From positions 1-52,202 of the IMG/VR virus record IMGVR_UViG_3300037246_000766: 52,202 bases of DNA; one strand, 5' to 3'. This stretch comes from a virus. Lineage: Duplodnaviria > Caudoviricetes. Numbering within the stretch: position 1 is the stretch's first letter; each line of letters opens with the position of its first letter. Shown here piece by piece: positions 25,017 through 33,168 of this stretch. The position numbers and the translations under genes were made by a program. The notes below the pieces were generated by a model. It searched no databases. It was not told the origin of the DNA and worked only from the letters and a program-made list of their open reading frames with translations.

Positions 25017-25633
25017 CCGTCAGCCCTCTTTTTGCCCGGAACATAGGCGTCGTCGCCTTTGAAAGTTTTCTTCATGAGCATGTTCCCGTGTGGGTGGTAG
25101 ATGACAACACCCTCCGGGTTCATGAATCCAGGTGCTGCGCGACTTCCTGTGCTACCCAAGAGAGTAAGTGCGGCGTTGATGGCTGGTGTGTCGAACACTT
25201 CAGCTGTGAGCAGTATAGGCACGACGTGACAGCACTCAGGCTTTGTCTCATCGTTCCAGCGGTGCGTGTTGAACAGCGAGAAGCGCTTGTCATTGATCCC
25301 GTAGTTGCGCTGGATGCCTTGGCCCCACCACTCTCCGTAGTGGCGTCCAGGTCCGAGTTTCTCTATGAGTTCATGCATGTTCGCTTCTGCCCACTTGTAA
25401 AAACCGAAGTGGTCTCCCTGCTTCGTTGCATCGAGCCAACGCTTGCGTGACCCCACGCGCATGATGGACCTGTTAGTGAAGATGTGCGGCTCTAGTTGGG
25501 GGGTACTCGGATCGAAGTCCGCTTCGAACTCTTCGTAGCTCTGGATGAGTAGCTGTCCGTTGCTGCCGTCGATCTTCTCAGTGATGACGATCGGGCGCGA
25601 TAGGCGTGAGATTTTTGGGAATTCTTCAAACAT
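25013..25633 (-). CDS. minimal ATP-dependent RNA ligase (nucleotidyltransferase domain only)
   Basis: Motif I TEKIDGSN, GSRKR, motif III YGEWWG, IIIa FSLFN, IV PEGVVI, V MKK. Confidence 0.85.
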   Translation of the reverse strand: MFEEFPKISRLSRPIVITEKIDGSNGQLLIQSYEEFEADFDPSTPQLEPHIFTNRSIMRVGSRKRWLDATKQGDHFGFYKWAEANMHELIEKLGPGRHYGEWWGQGIQRNYGINDKRFSLFNTHRWNDETKPECCHVVPILLTAEVFDTPAINAALTLLGSTGSRAAPGFMNPEGVVIYHPHGNMLMKKTFKGDDAYVPGKKRADG

Positions 25634-25634
25634 C

Positions 25635-25892
25635 TCAGTGCTCCGTAAGTTTTTCTGCGTTCTTGAGGACTACGAGCCTTTCGGCTATAGCATCGGCCAG
25701 CAGCTCCGGGTACCGTGCATCGAGCATATTGATGTTGTTCTGGAACGCAGCGATCTTGTGCTTGCGGTCTTCTATCTGCTCCGCAGGTACCATCTCGCCA
25801 TTCTCTTCTTTGACTCGCTCAAGAACATCGAAGCTGAGCATGCTCAATGTCTTCATGATGATTGCCATGTCGGCTTTGAACGCTTCATACAT
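25635..25892 (-). CDS. hypothetical protein
   Basis: AGGAG RBS before ATG25892. Confidence 0.55.
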   Translation of the reverse strand: MYEAFKADMAIIMKTLSMLSFDVLERVKEENGEMVPAEQIEDRKHKIAAFQNNINMLDARYPELLADAIAERLVVLKNAEKLTEH

Positions 25893-26112
25893 TTTTGTAT
25901 GCTCCTTTCCGGTTGATGACGTTAAGGACTGTGGCCTGAGAAACGTGGAAGTGATCTGCGACACGTTGCAAGCTACACTTGGTGTGCTTGTACATCCAAC
26001 GCACGCGATCTGCTTCCTCACTACCAAGTGCCCTCTTTCTGCCCGATTTTCTTCGCTCGCTCATAGGCAGTGGAGGGGGACGCATGTCGCGGTGGAATAG
26101 TTTGATCATCAC
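25885..26112 (-). CDS. helix-turn-helix DNA-binding protein
   Basis: SLQRVADHFHVSQATVLNVIN; GGAGG RBS. Confidence 0.75.
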   Translation of the reverse strand: MMIKLFHRDMRPPPLPMSERRKSGRKRALGSEEADRVRWMYKHTKCSLQRVADHFHVSQATVLNVINRKGAYKNV

Positions 26113-26299
26113 ATGCCTCCTGGGTGTCGTCGGGCGTAACGCTGTCGTGGAGCACTTTCCACAATGGCTTCTTGCGGATCGTAGAGTACTTGCGCACCCA
26201 CATCGTCCGAGCGCTCATCGGATCTATCCACAAGTCGATTGCCATCGCAATCCCAACGACTGCTACCCCAAGTAGAACTAAACCGAGTGGTGACTCCAT
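26021..26299 (-). CDS. putative membrane protein overlapping both neighbours
   Basis: GGAG RBS; N-terminal TM helix. Confidence 0.4.
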   Translation of the reverse strand: MESPLGLVLLGVAVVGIAMAIDLWIDPMSARTMWVRKYSTIRKKPLWKVLHDSVTPDDTQEACDDQTIPPRHASPSTAYERAKKIGQKEGTW

Positions 26300-26417
26300 G
26301 GCACTCTCCGCTTTCTATTAGCATCTCGTACAGACCATCACCGTGCTTCAGCGCGACCCAGCCCTCAACGATTAAGATGAGGGCCAGGAGGCTGAAGGCG
26401 ATGAGGTTGTTACTCAC
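26109..26417 (-). CDS. putative membrane protein
   Basis: GTGA overlap with the upstream stop; N-terminal TM helix. Confidence 0.45.
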   Translation of the reverse strand: MSNNLIAFSLLALILIVEGWVALKHGDGLYEMLIESGECHGVTTRFSSTWGSSRWDCDGNRLVDRSDERSDDVGAQVLYDPQEAIVESAPRQRYARRHPGGM

Positions 26418-26755
26418 TGCAGGTTGGGCGGCATCTGCGCATCACCACAGGTGATGACGAGCTGACTGTAGTGGATACCATCCGTAGTGGCGACCTTCTT
26501 GAACAGGCATCCGTTGCTGCGCAGCTCGCGTAGTACGCCCACGATTTGGGCCTGCTTGATGCGCGGAACGGTCGGTGCTACCAACTTCGGAATCTTGGCC
26601 TCTTCGATGATGGGCGCAGGGGCCACATCAGCGACCTTGATGACGTCAGCTTGCACGAGCGTTCCGCCAGTTGCTTGCAGAGGCTCTTCGACTTTGCCGA
26701 AGCCGCTGCATGCCGTCATTGAAAGCGCCACGAGGGCGAGTAATACGTATTTCAT
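26414..26755 (-). CDS. lipoprotein
   Basis: MKYVLLALVALSMTAC signal/lipobox; AGGAG RBS. Confidence 0.75.
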   Translation of the reverse strand: MKYVLLALVALSMTACSGFGKVEEPLQATGGTLVQADVIKVADVAPAPIIEEAKIPKLVAPTVPRIKQAQIVGVLRELRSNGCLFKKVATTDGIHYSQLVITCGDAQMPPNLQ

Positions 26756-27828
26756 CAGAGTTCTCCTTTGTCGATGGTGTATGGATAAACTACCGTCTCC
26801 TCGTCCCTAGCTGCAGGATTGTCCTCAAGCCACAGGTCAACTTCTTCTTGCGATGAGAACACACCGCAGAGTTGCTCCTGGTGATGAGTCTTGTATTTGT
26901 ACATGAGGATGAAAACTTCTCTGGCTGGGCGTATCGTAGCGTCCCTGAGTCCAGCGACTGTCCCCCTCAATTGCTGGATGAGATTGAATTGTGCATCCGT
27001 TCGCTTATCTCGATCAGAGATCTCCCTGATTTGTTTCTCGATCACGCTATCCGCGTTGTCAAGGTGAACGCCTCGCTCATCGACTTGCGCTATTTTCGCA
27101 TCGATGGTTTCGTCTTGCTTTATGATCGTTTGGGACTGCCTGTCGAGAATCTCGTCGAGCTTGTTGATGCGCTCATGCAGTTCGTCACGTATCTTGTTCC
27201 CCTGCTTGTTCTGGTACCGCAGAGAGTTTCCCTCGACTTCTAACTCGCTGATCTGCTTCCGCGTCTCCCCCATACGTAGGTGAGTGCAGTTCGCACTGAG
27301 TGCGTCGAACTTTGCTTTCAGCGCCCATTTCTCTGACTGCTCACCTAACATCGCTTTGCGATAACCTTCAGAGACTTCTGTCGAACGCTTTTTGTATCTT
27401 GTCAGCTCGTTTTGCAGCTCTTCCAGATCGGCCAGTGCTTTTTCTTTCTTATCGTTGTACTGTCTCATCAGTGTGAACTGTTCGAAGTTCTTATCCCTTA
27501 GCTCTTTGACCTGGGCATTGAACTCTCCGAGTTGATCTCGATACGTGTGTGCTTTCTGCGCCCAGTGATCGGAGTCAGATCGCAGCTGCTCGTTCGCCAA
27601 CTCGAGGATTGTCTTGCCGAATCGAGCCTGGGCGCTCTCCTCGGTGAGTACCTCTTCGACGGGTCTTTGCTTAGAGTTTCCACTCGCAGTCCACCGTCCA
27701 GTCCGAGATCCTTCTGTACTGAAATCTTGGCCCTGCGCCGGTAGCTCACGATCAGTCACGCGAGGTTTGAATGACTCCACCCACGCTTCGAGATCGAGTA
27801 CACGTTGCTGCAATGTTTTCTGAGTCAT
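26755..27828 (-). CDS. long coiled-coil protein
   Basis: Extended heptads; C-terminal V.IL.......L.GVFSS.E domain. Confidence 0.75.
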   Translation of the reverse strand: MTQKTLQQRVLDLEAWVESFKPRVTDRELPAQGQDFSTEGSRTGRWTASGNSKQRPVEEVLTEESAQARFGKTILELANEQLRSDSDHWAQKAHTYRDQLGEFNAQVKELRDKNFEQFTLMRQYNDKKEKALADLEELQNELTRYKKRSTEVSEGYRKAMLGEQSEKWALKAKFDALSANCTHLRMGETRKQISELEVEGNSLRYQNKQGNKIRDELHERINKLDEILDRQSQTIIKQDETIDAKIAQVDERGVHLDNADSVIEKQIREISDRDKRTDAQFNLIQQLRGTVAGLRDATIRPAREVFILMYKYKTHHQEQLCGVFSSQEEVDLWLEDNPAARDEETVVYPYTIDKGEL

Positions 27829-28151
27829 ATCGAATTATCCTCGATCCAGTCCGCGATCTCGTCAAACGACATTCCCTTATCGTCGTTCATGTCCGCGAGT
27901 TCTGTTGCCGTGGACCTAGAGAGACCGACCACTGAGGAGAAAGTACCTGTTAGACACGCGAGTGAATAGTCATCATCGAACGCATGCTGTGCTTTGTCGT
28001 CCTCACTGCCCTCGATGTCCAGTAGAACACCTAAGCAACAGTAGCCGTGCTCTTCTCCAGCATTGGGACCGACTCTTAGATATGAGCTAACTTGCTCGTA
28101 GTCACCGCTGCGTAGCGCTTTGCACCATTGTGCTCTGAGTTCGGGTTTCAT
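27825..28151 (-). CDS. CCLGV-motif phage protein, copy 1
   Basis: W.KALRSGDYEQ...L...GYCCLGVL.D...LADMND.GMSFDEIADWIE. Confidence 0.8.
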   Translation of the reverse strand: MKPELRAQWCKALRSGDYEQVSSYLRVGPNAGEEHGYCCLGVLLDIEGSEDDKAQHAFDDDYSLACLTGTFSSVVGLSRSTATELADMNDDKGMSFDEIADWIEDNSI

Positions 28152-28477
28152 AAACTCTCTCCCTCTATGTAGTCCGCGATCTCCGCGAAAGATTCACCGT
28201 CATCGTTCATCTCAGCGAGATGGTTCCTGTCCGTTATCCGGAGGAAGTGCTTGTGGCACCACTCGTGACTCAGCATCGAAGCTGCGAAGCCCTCTTCCCA
28301 CTCGTGAGTTTCTTTCTCGTCGTCAGTGCCTGCGATGTCCATCAGAACACCCAAGCAGCAGAATCCGTTGGCCTCCTCATCATCCACGTCATCTTGGACT
28401 TTGAGATACTGCTTTGTCTGGTCGTAGTTTCCACTACGCAGCGCATCGACCCACAATTTTTTGAGTTCCGGCGTCAT
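28148..28477 (-). CDS. CCLGV-motif phage protein, copy 2
   Basis: WVDALRSGNYDQ...L...GFCCLGVLMD...LAEMNDDGESFAEIADYIE. Confidence 0.8.
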   Translation of the reverse strand: MTPELKKLWVDALRSGNYDQTKQYLKVQDDVDDEEANGFCCLGVLMDIAGTDDEKETHEWEEGFAASMLSHEWCHKHFLRITDRNHLAEMNDDGESFAEIADYIEGESL

Positions 28478-28552
28478 GACTTTCTCCTGAATAGGAAGTA
28501 GGAAAGAAGGATCCCCCCTGGTGCGAACACCAGGAGGGCAAGTGTTACGACC

Positions 28553-29419
28553 TTAGCCGCGAGAACGAGACCCTTTCTTACGAGTGGTCTTCTTTCCGCT
28601 CTTACGTTTCGTCGCTGCGGGTGCAGCTCCAGGTTTCTTTTCGGCCCTGACAGCGACGTCACAGTGACCTGACCCACCATCCTCTTCGTGACGGTACGGG
28701 CAGTACTTGCATGCCTGTGAAGATGGGGAAGGTTTGAATACGACATCGCCTGTCATTTTCTCCATGCGCTTGTCCCACATGGGTTGGAACTTCAACCCTT
28801 GGGCTCGGGTGTACGTGACTGTCTTCACAATGTTCTGGTCGGAGTACCAGATCTCAGTGTGAACCTTCTTCAGCGTAGGGAATTTCCTAAATGAACTCAC
28901 TGCGTAGAGCTGCAGCTGCTCACCATGCTTCACTTCGTTGCCGAAGATCTTGCCTGACTTCAGATCGATCGCACTCGCCTCGACGGGCTCTTTGAGCGTG
29001 CCCTTGAGTGCTTGGAATATGTCGAGCTTCACGCGCATCCAGATGTTGTCCCAGTCGTTCCATGCGACTGGTATCCAGTCCTGGTTGAAGCACCACATGT
29101 CTTCTGCTACGACCAAGTTATCTTCGAACGATGCACGAGCGTTTGTCATCTCGATGTCGAGACACTTCAGCTCAACGCAAAACTTGTCGGTGACGCCCCG
29201 TATATAGCTGTCCATTGAGTTGTGGATGCGGGTGCCACGATCATTGTGCCACTCGCGCTCTTTGGTTTCGGGGTTGATCGGACAGCCCTTATGGGGTGGG
29301 CCTCGATCAGGTTCGGGGATCTTCTTGCAGAATGCCAGCTCCCCTCGCCGGGCGCATTCTTCGTAGACGCTCAGACGGGAGAAACTCCCCGCCTCAATTG
29401 TTGCGGTAGTGTGTACCAT
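28553..29419 (-). CDS. Cas4/RecB-like PD-(D/E)XK exonuclease
   Basis: SFSRL..Y..C, RGTRIH, KLD, IDLKSG, QLQLYA and CKYCPY...C motifs. Confidence 0.88.
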   Translation of the reverse strand: MVHTTATIEAGSFSRLSVYEECARRGELAFCKKIPEPDRGPPHKGCPINPETKEREWHNDRGTRIHNSMDSYIRGVTDKFCVELKCLDIEMTNARASFEDNLVVAEDMWCFNQDWIPVAWNDWDNIWMRVKLDIFQALKGTLKEPVEASAIDLKSGKIFGNEVKHGEQLQLYAVSSFRKFPTLKKVHTEIWYSDQNIVKTVTYTRAQGLKFQPMWDKRMEKMTGDVVFKPSPSSQACKYCPYRHEEDGGSGHCDVAVRAEKKPGAAPAATKRKSGKKTTRKKGSRSRG

Positions 29420-29458
29420 CTCGACCCTCTCATTTAACTATATCTAACTCAGGCCGGG

Positions 29459-29487
29459 ATTCTACACGAGCGTCTTTCATCAGTCTA
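29459..29487 (-). promoter_or_regulatory. sigma70-like promoter
   Basis: TAGACT-17 bp-TAGAAT on the - strand, upstream of the nuclease gene. Confidence 0.55.
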
Positions 29488-30088
29488 GGTCCTCGTGCTC
29501 GATGTTCAGGCTGTCCCCTGCAAGCAGTGTTTTCAGATACCGCTTGCGGTCCCTGAGTGCCGTCTTGTTCGTGACGTGATCAGGGTGGTATTCATCACGC
29601 AACTGTTCGAACGCCATTCTATGCCCGGTGTCTTCATCTTCTCCACGGCATGCCTGCTGGTAGAGTACGTTCTCGATGCCAGCCCCCCTGCTCCCGAACA
29701 ACGCTTTCGCTTGGTTCTCGGAGAGGCCGAAGTGCTCGGACAACTCGTCCCAATCGAAGTCTGCGAACATTTCATTCGCGTACTGTCGGGAGGTTTCTTT
29801 CCCGAAGCGATTGTCCGTATCGACCATCAGCTTGTACCAACCGGCGAGACACGCTTGAAAGCCGCAGTCGTACTTCTTCGTGACGGTGGCCCCGCAGCCT
29901 TTGCAGTCGCGTTTGCTGATGTACAAGTCCAGGTCGAAGATCGCGTCGGGAGCCTTTGGATTTTTGGCTCTCTTCTCTATCCACTTCGTGTAGTCGACGT
30001 GCATCATTTTCTCGACGTGAGGGATGACAGTGTTGAGCAGGTACTCTAAGTTACCTCGCTCTGTCTCCGAGAGTGGGAAGTCAGTCAT
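29480..30088 (-). CDS. CGxxxCxAGWY-motif protein, paralog 1
   Basis: IFDLDLY, CGFQACLAGWY, LSEHFGLSENQAKALF. Confidence 0.8.
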   Translation of the reverse strand: MTDFPLSETERGNLEYLLNTVIPHVEKMMHVDYTKWIEKRAKNPKAPDAIFDLDLYISKRDCKGCGATVTKKYDCGFQACLAGWYKLMVDTDNRFGKETSRQYANEMFADFDWDELSEHFGLSENQAKALFGSRGAGIENVLYQQACRGEDEDTGHRMAFEQLRDEYHPDHVTNKTALRDRKRYLKTLLAGDSLNIEHEDLD

Positions 30089-30518
30089 GAGACTCTAGCT
30101 CCTCTGTGAATTTTTTGCGAAACCTAACAACTTGTTTGGTACCATCTTCCGTGAGTCCGTCATCATTCCAGTTGCGACTATTGTCATGGACATCCTGTAT
30201 CTCAGCCCAGAAATTGATGCTGTGCCCACGGTACCTGGGCTCGAGGATTTCGTCGGCGCTATCCGGATTGGAGACGTGCCCAGCTTGGTAGAGATGGGAC
30301 ATGGCCCCTATGACTCCCATGCTCTCGTTACACTGCGCCTGGAGCGCGAGACGCCCCATGGGAGTGCAGCAACGAGAGAAGGCGCAGTATTGATCTTCCT
30401 TTCCCTCCACTTGTTTCACGTATACGCAGTCATCAGAGCGGCCAGTTGCGCGACGTGTGACGTCTTCGCTATAGAACGATGCGGTCTCGTTGAGAATTTC
30501 AAGCTTCGACAGATTCAT
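30081..30518 (-). CDS. Cys-motif phage protein (C.Y...CA...C; Q..HD)
   Basis: DDCVY, YCAFSRCC, FWAEIQDVHD; AGGAG RBS. Confidence 0.7.
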   Translation of the reverse strand: MNLSKLEILNETASFYSEDVTRRATGRSDDCVYVKQVEGKEDQYCAFSRCCTPMGRLALQAQCNESMGVIGAMSHLYQAGHVSNPDSADEILEPRYRGHSINFWAEIQDVHDNSRNWNDDGLTEDGTKQVVRFRKKFTEELESHD

Positions 30519-31059
30519 CGGCGTGCTCCTTGATCATGTTGTCGAGGAATTGAACGCGGCATTCGAGTGCGGCTGCTGTTCCATCGAGAGAGTCTTCACA
30601 TCCAGCACCAAGTGTGCGGAACAATGCCTCGGCTTGTTCGAAACTGATCTCGAAGTGCGCAGCAAGCTTGTTGAGGCAGTATCCCTGAAGCCCTTCAAAG
30701 TAAACGTCAGATGAACTCAGGAACTCATGCTTGCGTGCGAGCAGCACGTACCACCCCGCAAAACATCCTCGAAATCCGCACTCGTAGGCGGACGAGATCT
30801 TGTCGAGCTTCTCGTCATCATGGTTATTCACCATGTCGTAGTAGTCGTACCTTGCGAGATACGGGTCTTCTTCCATCTCGCCAGCAATGACACTGTGAAC
30901 GATGTACTGGTCGAGATCGAAGACCGCGGTGTTCGCGCAAGCCTTGTTGTACTTCTCGGGCTCTTCGTAGTCGACATCGGGGAGATCTGCGAGGGTGGGC
31001 ATCTTTTCGAGATGCGGAACCACCGTGTGACGTAAGAAATTGATACGCGCTGCGTGCAT
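30499..31059 (-). CDS. CGxxxCxAGWY-motif protein, paralog 2
   Basis: VFDLDQY, CGFRGCFAGWY, LAAHFEISFEQAEALF; AGGAG RBS before ATG31059. Confidence 0.8.
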   Translation of the reverse strand: MHAARINFLRHTVVPHLEKMPTLADLPDVDYEEPEKYNKACANTAVFDLDQYIVHSVIAGEMEEDPYLARYDYYDMVNNHDDEKLDKISSAYECGFRGCFAGWYVLLARKHEFLSSSDVYFEGLQGYCLNKLAAHFEISFEQAEALFRTLGAGCEDSLDGTAAALECRVQFLDNMIKEHADESVEA

Positions 31060-31193
31060 AGTAGTGCTCCTGATTGTGAATGATGTGGACGTCTCCCTCG
31101 TGCATTCGCTACTAACGAACGCATCGGTGTGGTCTTGGACACCACTTCCTCTCAGGTTCATTCCTGCCTCTACAGAAGGAGCGCCTAAGTTGA

Positions 31194-31808
31194 TTAGCTT
31201 GTTGCCTCGCCCCAATACTTAGCGAGTGAGCTGGGAGTGCTGTTGTCCAGCATCCTGTCGAGCAGCTCGATGCGAACGGTCATCACCTGTTTGTGCGTGA
31301 CACTGAGCACTCTGAGCGTGCAGTTGGCGCGTTCACTGGAAAAGTCTTCCAGGGTGACACCCATCAACTCCGAGAGACGGATGATCTCGTAGCCACTGCC
31401 AAATGAAGCGAACAGCCCTCTGGCTTCGTTGTGCGAGATGCCGAAGTGCTTCGCCAACCTGTCGTATCCGAACTCCTTGCGAGTCAGCCCGTCTTCGAGC
31501 AGCTCATCTTCGGTGAGCAGGCCATCCTTCTGCGAGAGTAGTGCGTACCACCCTGCAAAACAGCCACGGTACCCGCAGTCGTGCTTGGACGTGATCTTCT
31601 TGACGAACTTGTCCAGGGGAACTGTTGAGAGCGTGCCCTCCTGCTTTTCCCCATCATGGTCCGTGATCTGGAAGTACTGCAGATCGAACACTGCAACGTG
31701 AGTCTTTGAAGCTCCCCCATAGGTGTCGGGGAAGTCTTCCTTCTGAGGCATGGTGAGGATGTGATCGACAACGCGACTGCGTAAGTAACCTAAACGTGTC
31801 CTGTTCAT
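31194..31808 (-). CDS. CGxxxCxAGWY-motif protein, paralog 3
   Basis: VFDLQYF, CGYRGCFAGWY, LAKHFGISHNEARGLF. Confidence 0.8.
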   Translation of the reverse strand: MNRTRLGYLRSRVVDHILTMPQKEDFPDTYGGASKTHVAVFDLQYFQITDHDGEKQEGTLSTVPLDKFVKKITSKHDCGYRGCFAGWYALLSQKDGLLTEDELLEDGLTRKEFGYDRLAKHFGISHNEARGLFASFGSGYEIIRLSELMGVTLEDFSSERANCTLRVLSVTHKQVMTVRIELLDRMLDNSTPSSLAKYWGEATS

Positions 31809-31824
31809 AGTGCTGTTCCTGTGA

Positions 31825-32075
31825 ATGGAGGGTAAGAGAATCAGTACCGCCCCCTACTAGGTCCCTCCACGCAGTCGCGAGCCACGCTTCAATGGGTCCA
31901 TACTCGCAGGGGACTCGCGCAACCCGCGCAGGGACAAAGTGCCTGCCGATGAGGGATACGCTCTATGCTAGATCCGCCCTGGCCGCTACTTCAAATCAGC
32001 GCACCACCAGGACTCGCGCTCGGCACTCCGCAGGACGGGGACTAATGTCTCCCGCGCTAGAGTATGCTGTCCACG
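31825..32075 (-). ncRNA. candidate structured non-coding RNA / leader
   Basis: ~260-nt GC-rich gap with no credible ORF; nested pairings catactc/gagtatg, agtgcc/ggcact, gccga/tcggc, cctgg/ccagg and tggaggg/ccctcca. Confidence 0.35.
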
Positions 32076-32076
32076 C

Positions 32077-32295
32077 TCAGAAAATGCGCTTCATCAGAGC
32101 AGGCTTGTCCTTTGTGGGCTCAATGACGAAGACGTGTGTGTAACGCAGTGCTACCCACGTTCTTGTGAAACCGATACCGAGTCTGTTTCCTCCTCGGAAC
32201 CAACCGAAGTGTGAAGACCCTTCCCAGCCGTGATAGTGCGTGACACCAGTGATTACACGAGGGGGTGCGTTTCTACGGCCAAGAATGATGATCAT
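32077..32295 (-). CDS. hypothetical protein
   Basis: GGAG RBS; packed ORF. Confidence 0.45.
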   Translation of the reverse strand: MIIILGRRNAPPRVITGVTHYHGWEGSSHFGWFRGGNRLGIGFTRTWVALRYTHVFVIEPTKDKPALMKRIF

Positions 32296-32296
32296 G

Positions 32297-32707
32297 TTAC
32301 TCTCCCGATGGTCTGTTCAACTCTTCCCTCATCTCTCGTAGTTCAGCCTCTTGCTGCTCCATCCGATTGCGACACGCTTTTAGCTCCAACTGTGTTTTGC
32401 TGACTAGCGCTGCGGCCTGCGTCAACATCTTGCGTACGTCCTCTACAGGGACTTCCTTGGGTGGAGGCGGAACGCGTGGGTCCTCGTTCTCGATGGTGCC
32501 CTGCGTTGTGAGCTGGAATGGATTGTTATCCTTAACCGTAGGTCTCTCAGATGTAAGTGTGTTGATCAGCTGCACATAAATGATGCTGACATCCTGCTCT
32601 TGGTTCTGCGCTACGTGCTCACGCCCTGCATCAGTTGCTTGGTCCTGCGTCTCAAAGCCAGGGTCCCACTGTGTGACTGCGAAGTATCCTGTTGTTCGCT
32701 TTTTCAT
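32297..32707 (-). CDS. hypothetical protein with C-terminal coiled coil
   Basis: GGAGG RBS before ATG32707. Confidence 0.6.
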   Translation of the reverse strand: MKKRTTGYFAVTQWDPGFETQDQATDAGREHVAQNQEQDVSIIYVQLINTLTSERPTVKDNNPFQLTTQGTIENEDPRVPPPPKEVPVEDVRKMLTQAAALVSKTQLELKACRNRMEQQEAELREMREELNRPSGE

Positions 32708-32708
32708 C

Positions 32709-32897
32709 TCAGCCTCCGTTCTTTTTGCGATTGATCCACAACCAGACACAAGCTAAAGCTAACGACCACCACCATCCTATGGCGAAGCCGATTGCCACGC
32801 AGCACACTGCTTGGATGGTTGTACCTACCCAATCGATATCGCGTTTGAATTTCATGACTGTTCCTGCCTCTTCGGCTGCTTTGAAGAATGGATTCAT
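32709..32897 (-). CDS. small membrane protein
   Basis: Hydrophobic segment; ATGA overlap. Confidence 0.5.
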   Translation of the reverse strand: MNPFFKAAEEAGTVMKFKRDIDWVGTTIQAVCCVAIGFAIGWWWSLALACVWLWINRKKNGG

Positions 32898-33166
32898 AAC
32901 CAAGCTCTCAGTATGGCTGTAAGTACAACGCCAGCTATGATGGTACACACGGCGCAAACGACACCGTCCCACCATGCGCAATTGACTTCGCTCTCGTGCA
33001 TTGCTTCTACACTGGCCTTGATCTTCCTCTCCAGCTCCTCATTCGCTGCACGTATGCGAGCGGCATGATTGCACTCAACGCCTATAGGCAGATCTTCCAT
33101 GGGTGGACTAGCCATTATCTCATCCCAAACGTCATGCCAGTTCACAGTAGTCTGGTGGTCTTCCAT
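32894..33166 (-). CDS. protein with C-terminal TM helix
   Basis: Starts just after the primase stop; hydrophobic C-terminus. Confidence 0.45.
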   Translation of the reverse strand: MEDHQTTVNWHDVWDEIMASPPMEDLPIGVECNHAARIRAANEELERKIKASVEAMHESEVNCAWWDGVVCAVCTIIAGVVLTAILRAWL

Positions 33167-33168
33167 CC

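Noticed and set aside
28553-29419. CRISPR-Cas locus suggested by the Cas4-like nuclease
   Set aside because: No repeat-spacer array or other cas genes seen; stand-alone Cas4-like exonucleases are common in phage replication modules.
31060-31215. N-terminal extension of the 238-aa ORF
   Set aside because: Paralog alignment and a strong AGGAG RBS point to ATG31059; the upstream part contains small hairpins typical of a leader.
31825-32075. tRNA or tmRNA gene
   Set aside because: No T-loop GTTCRA with cloverleaf spacing or CCA end found here or in the other gaps by eye; tRNAscan/ARAGORN should confirm.
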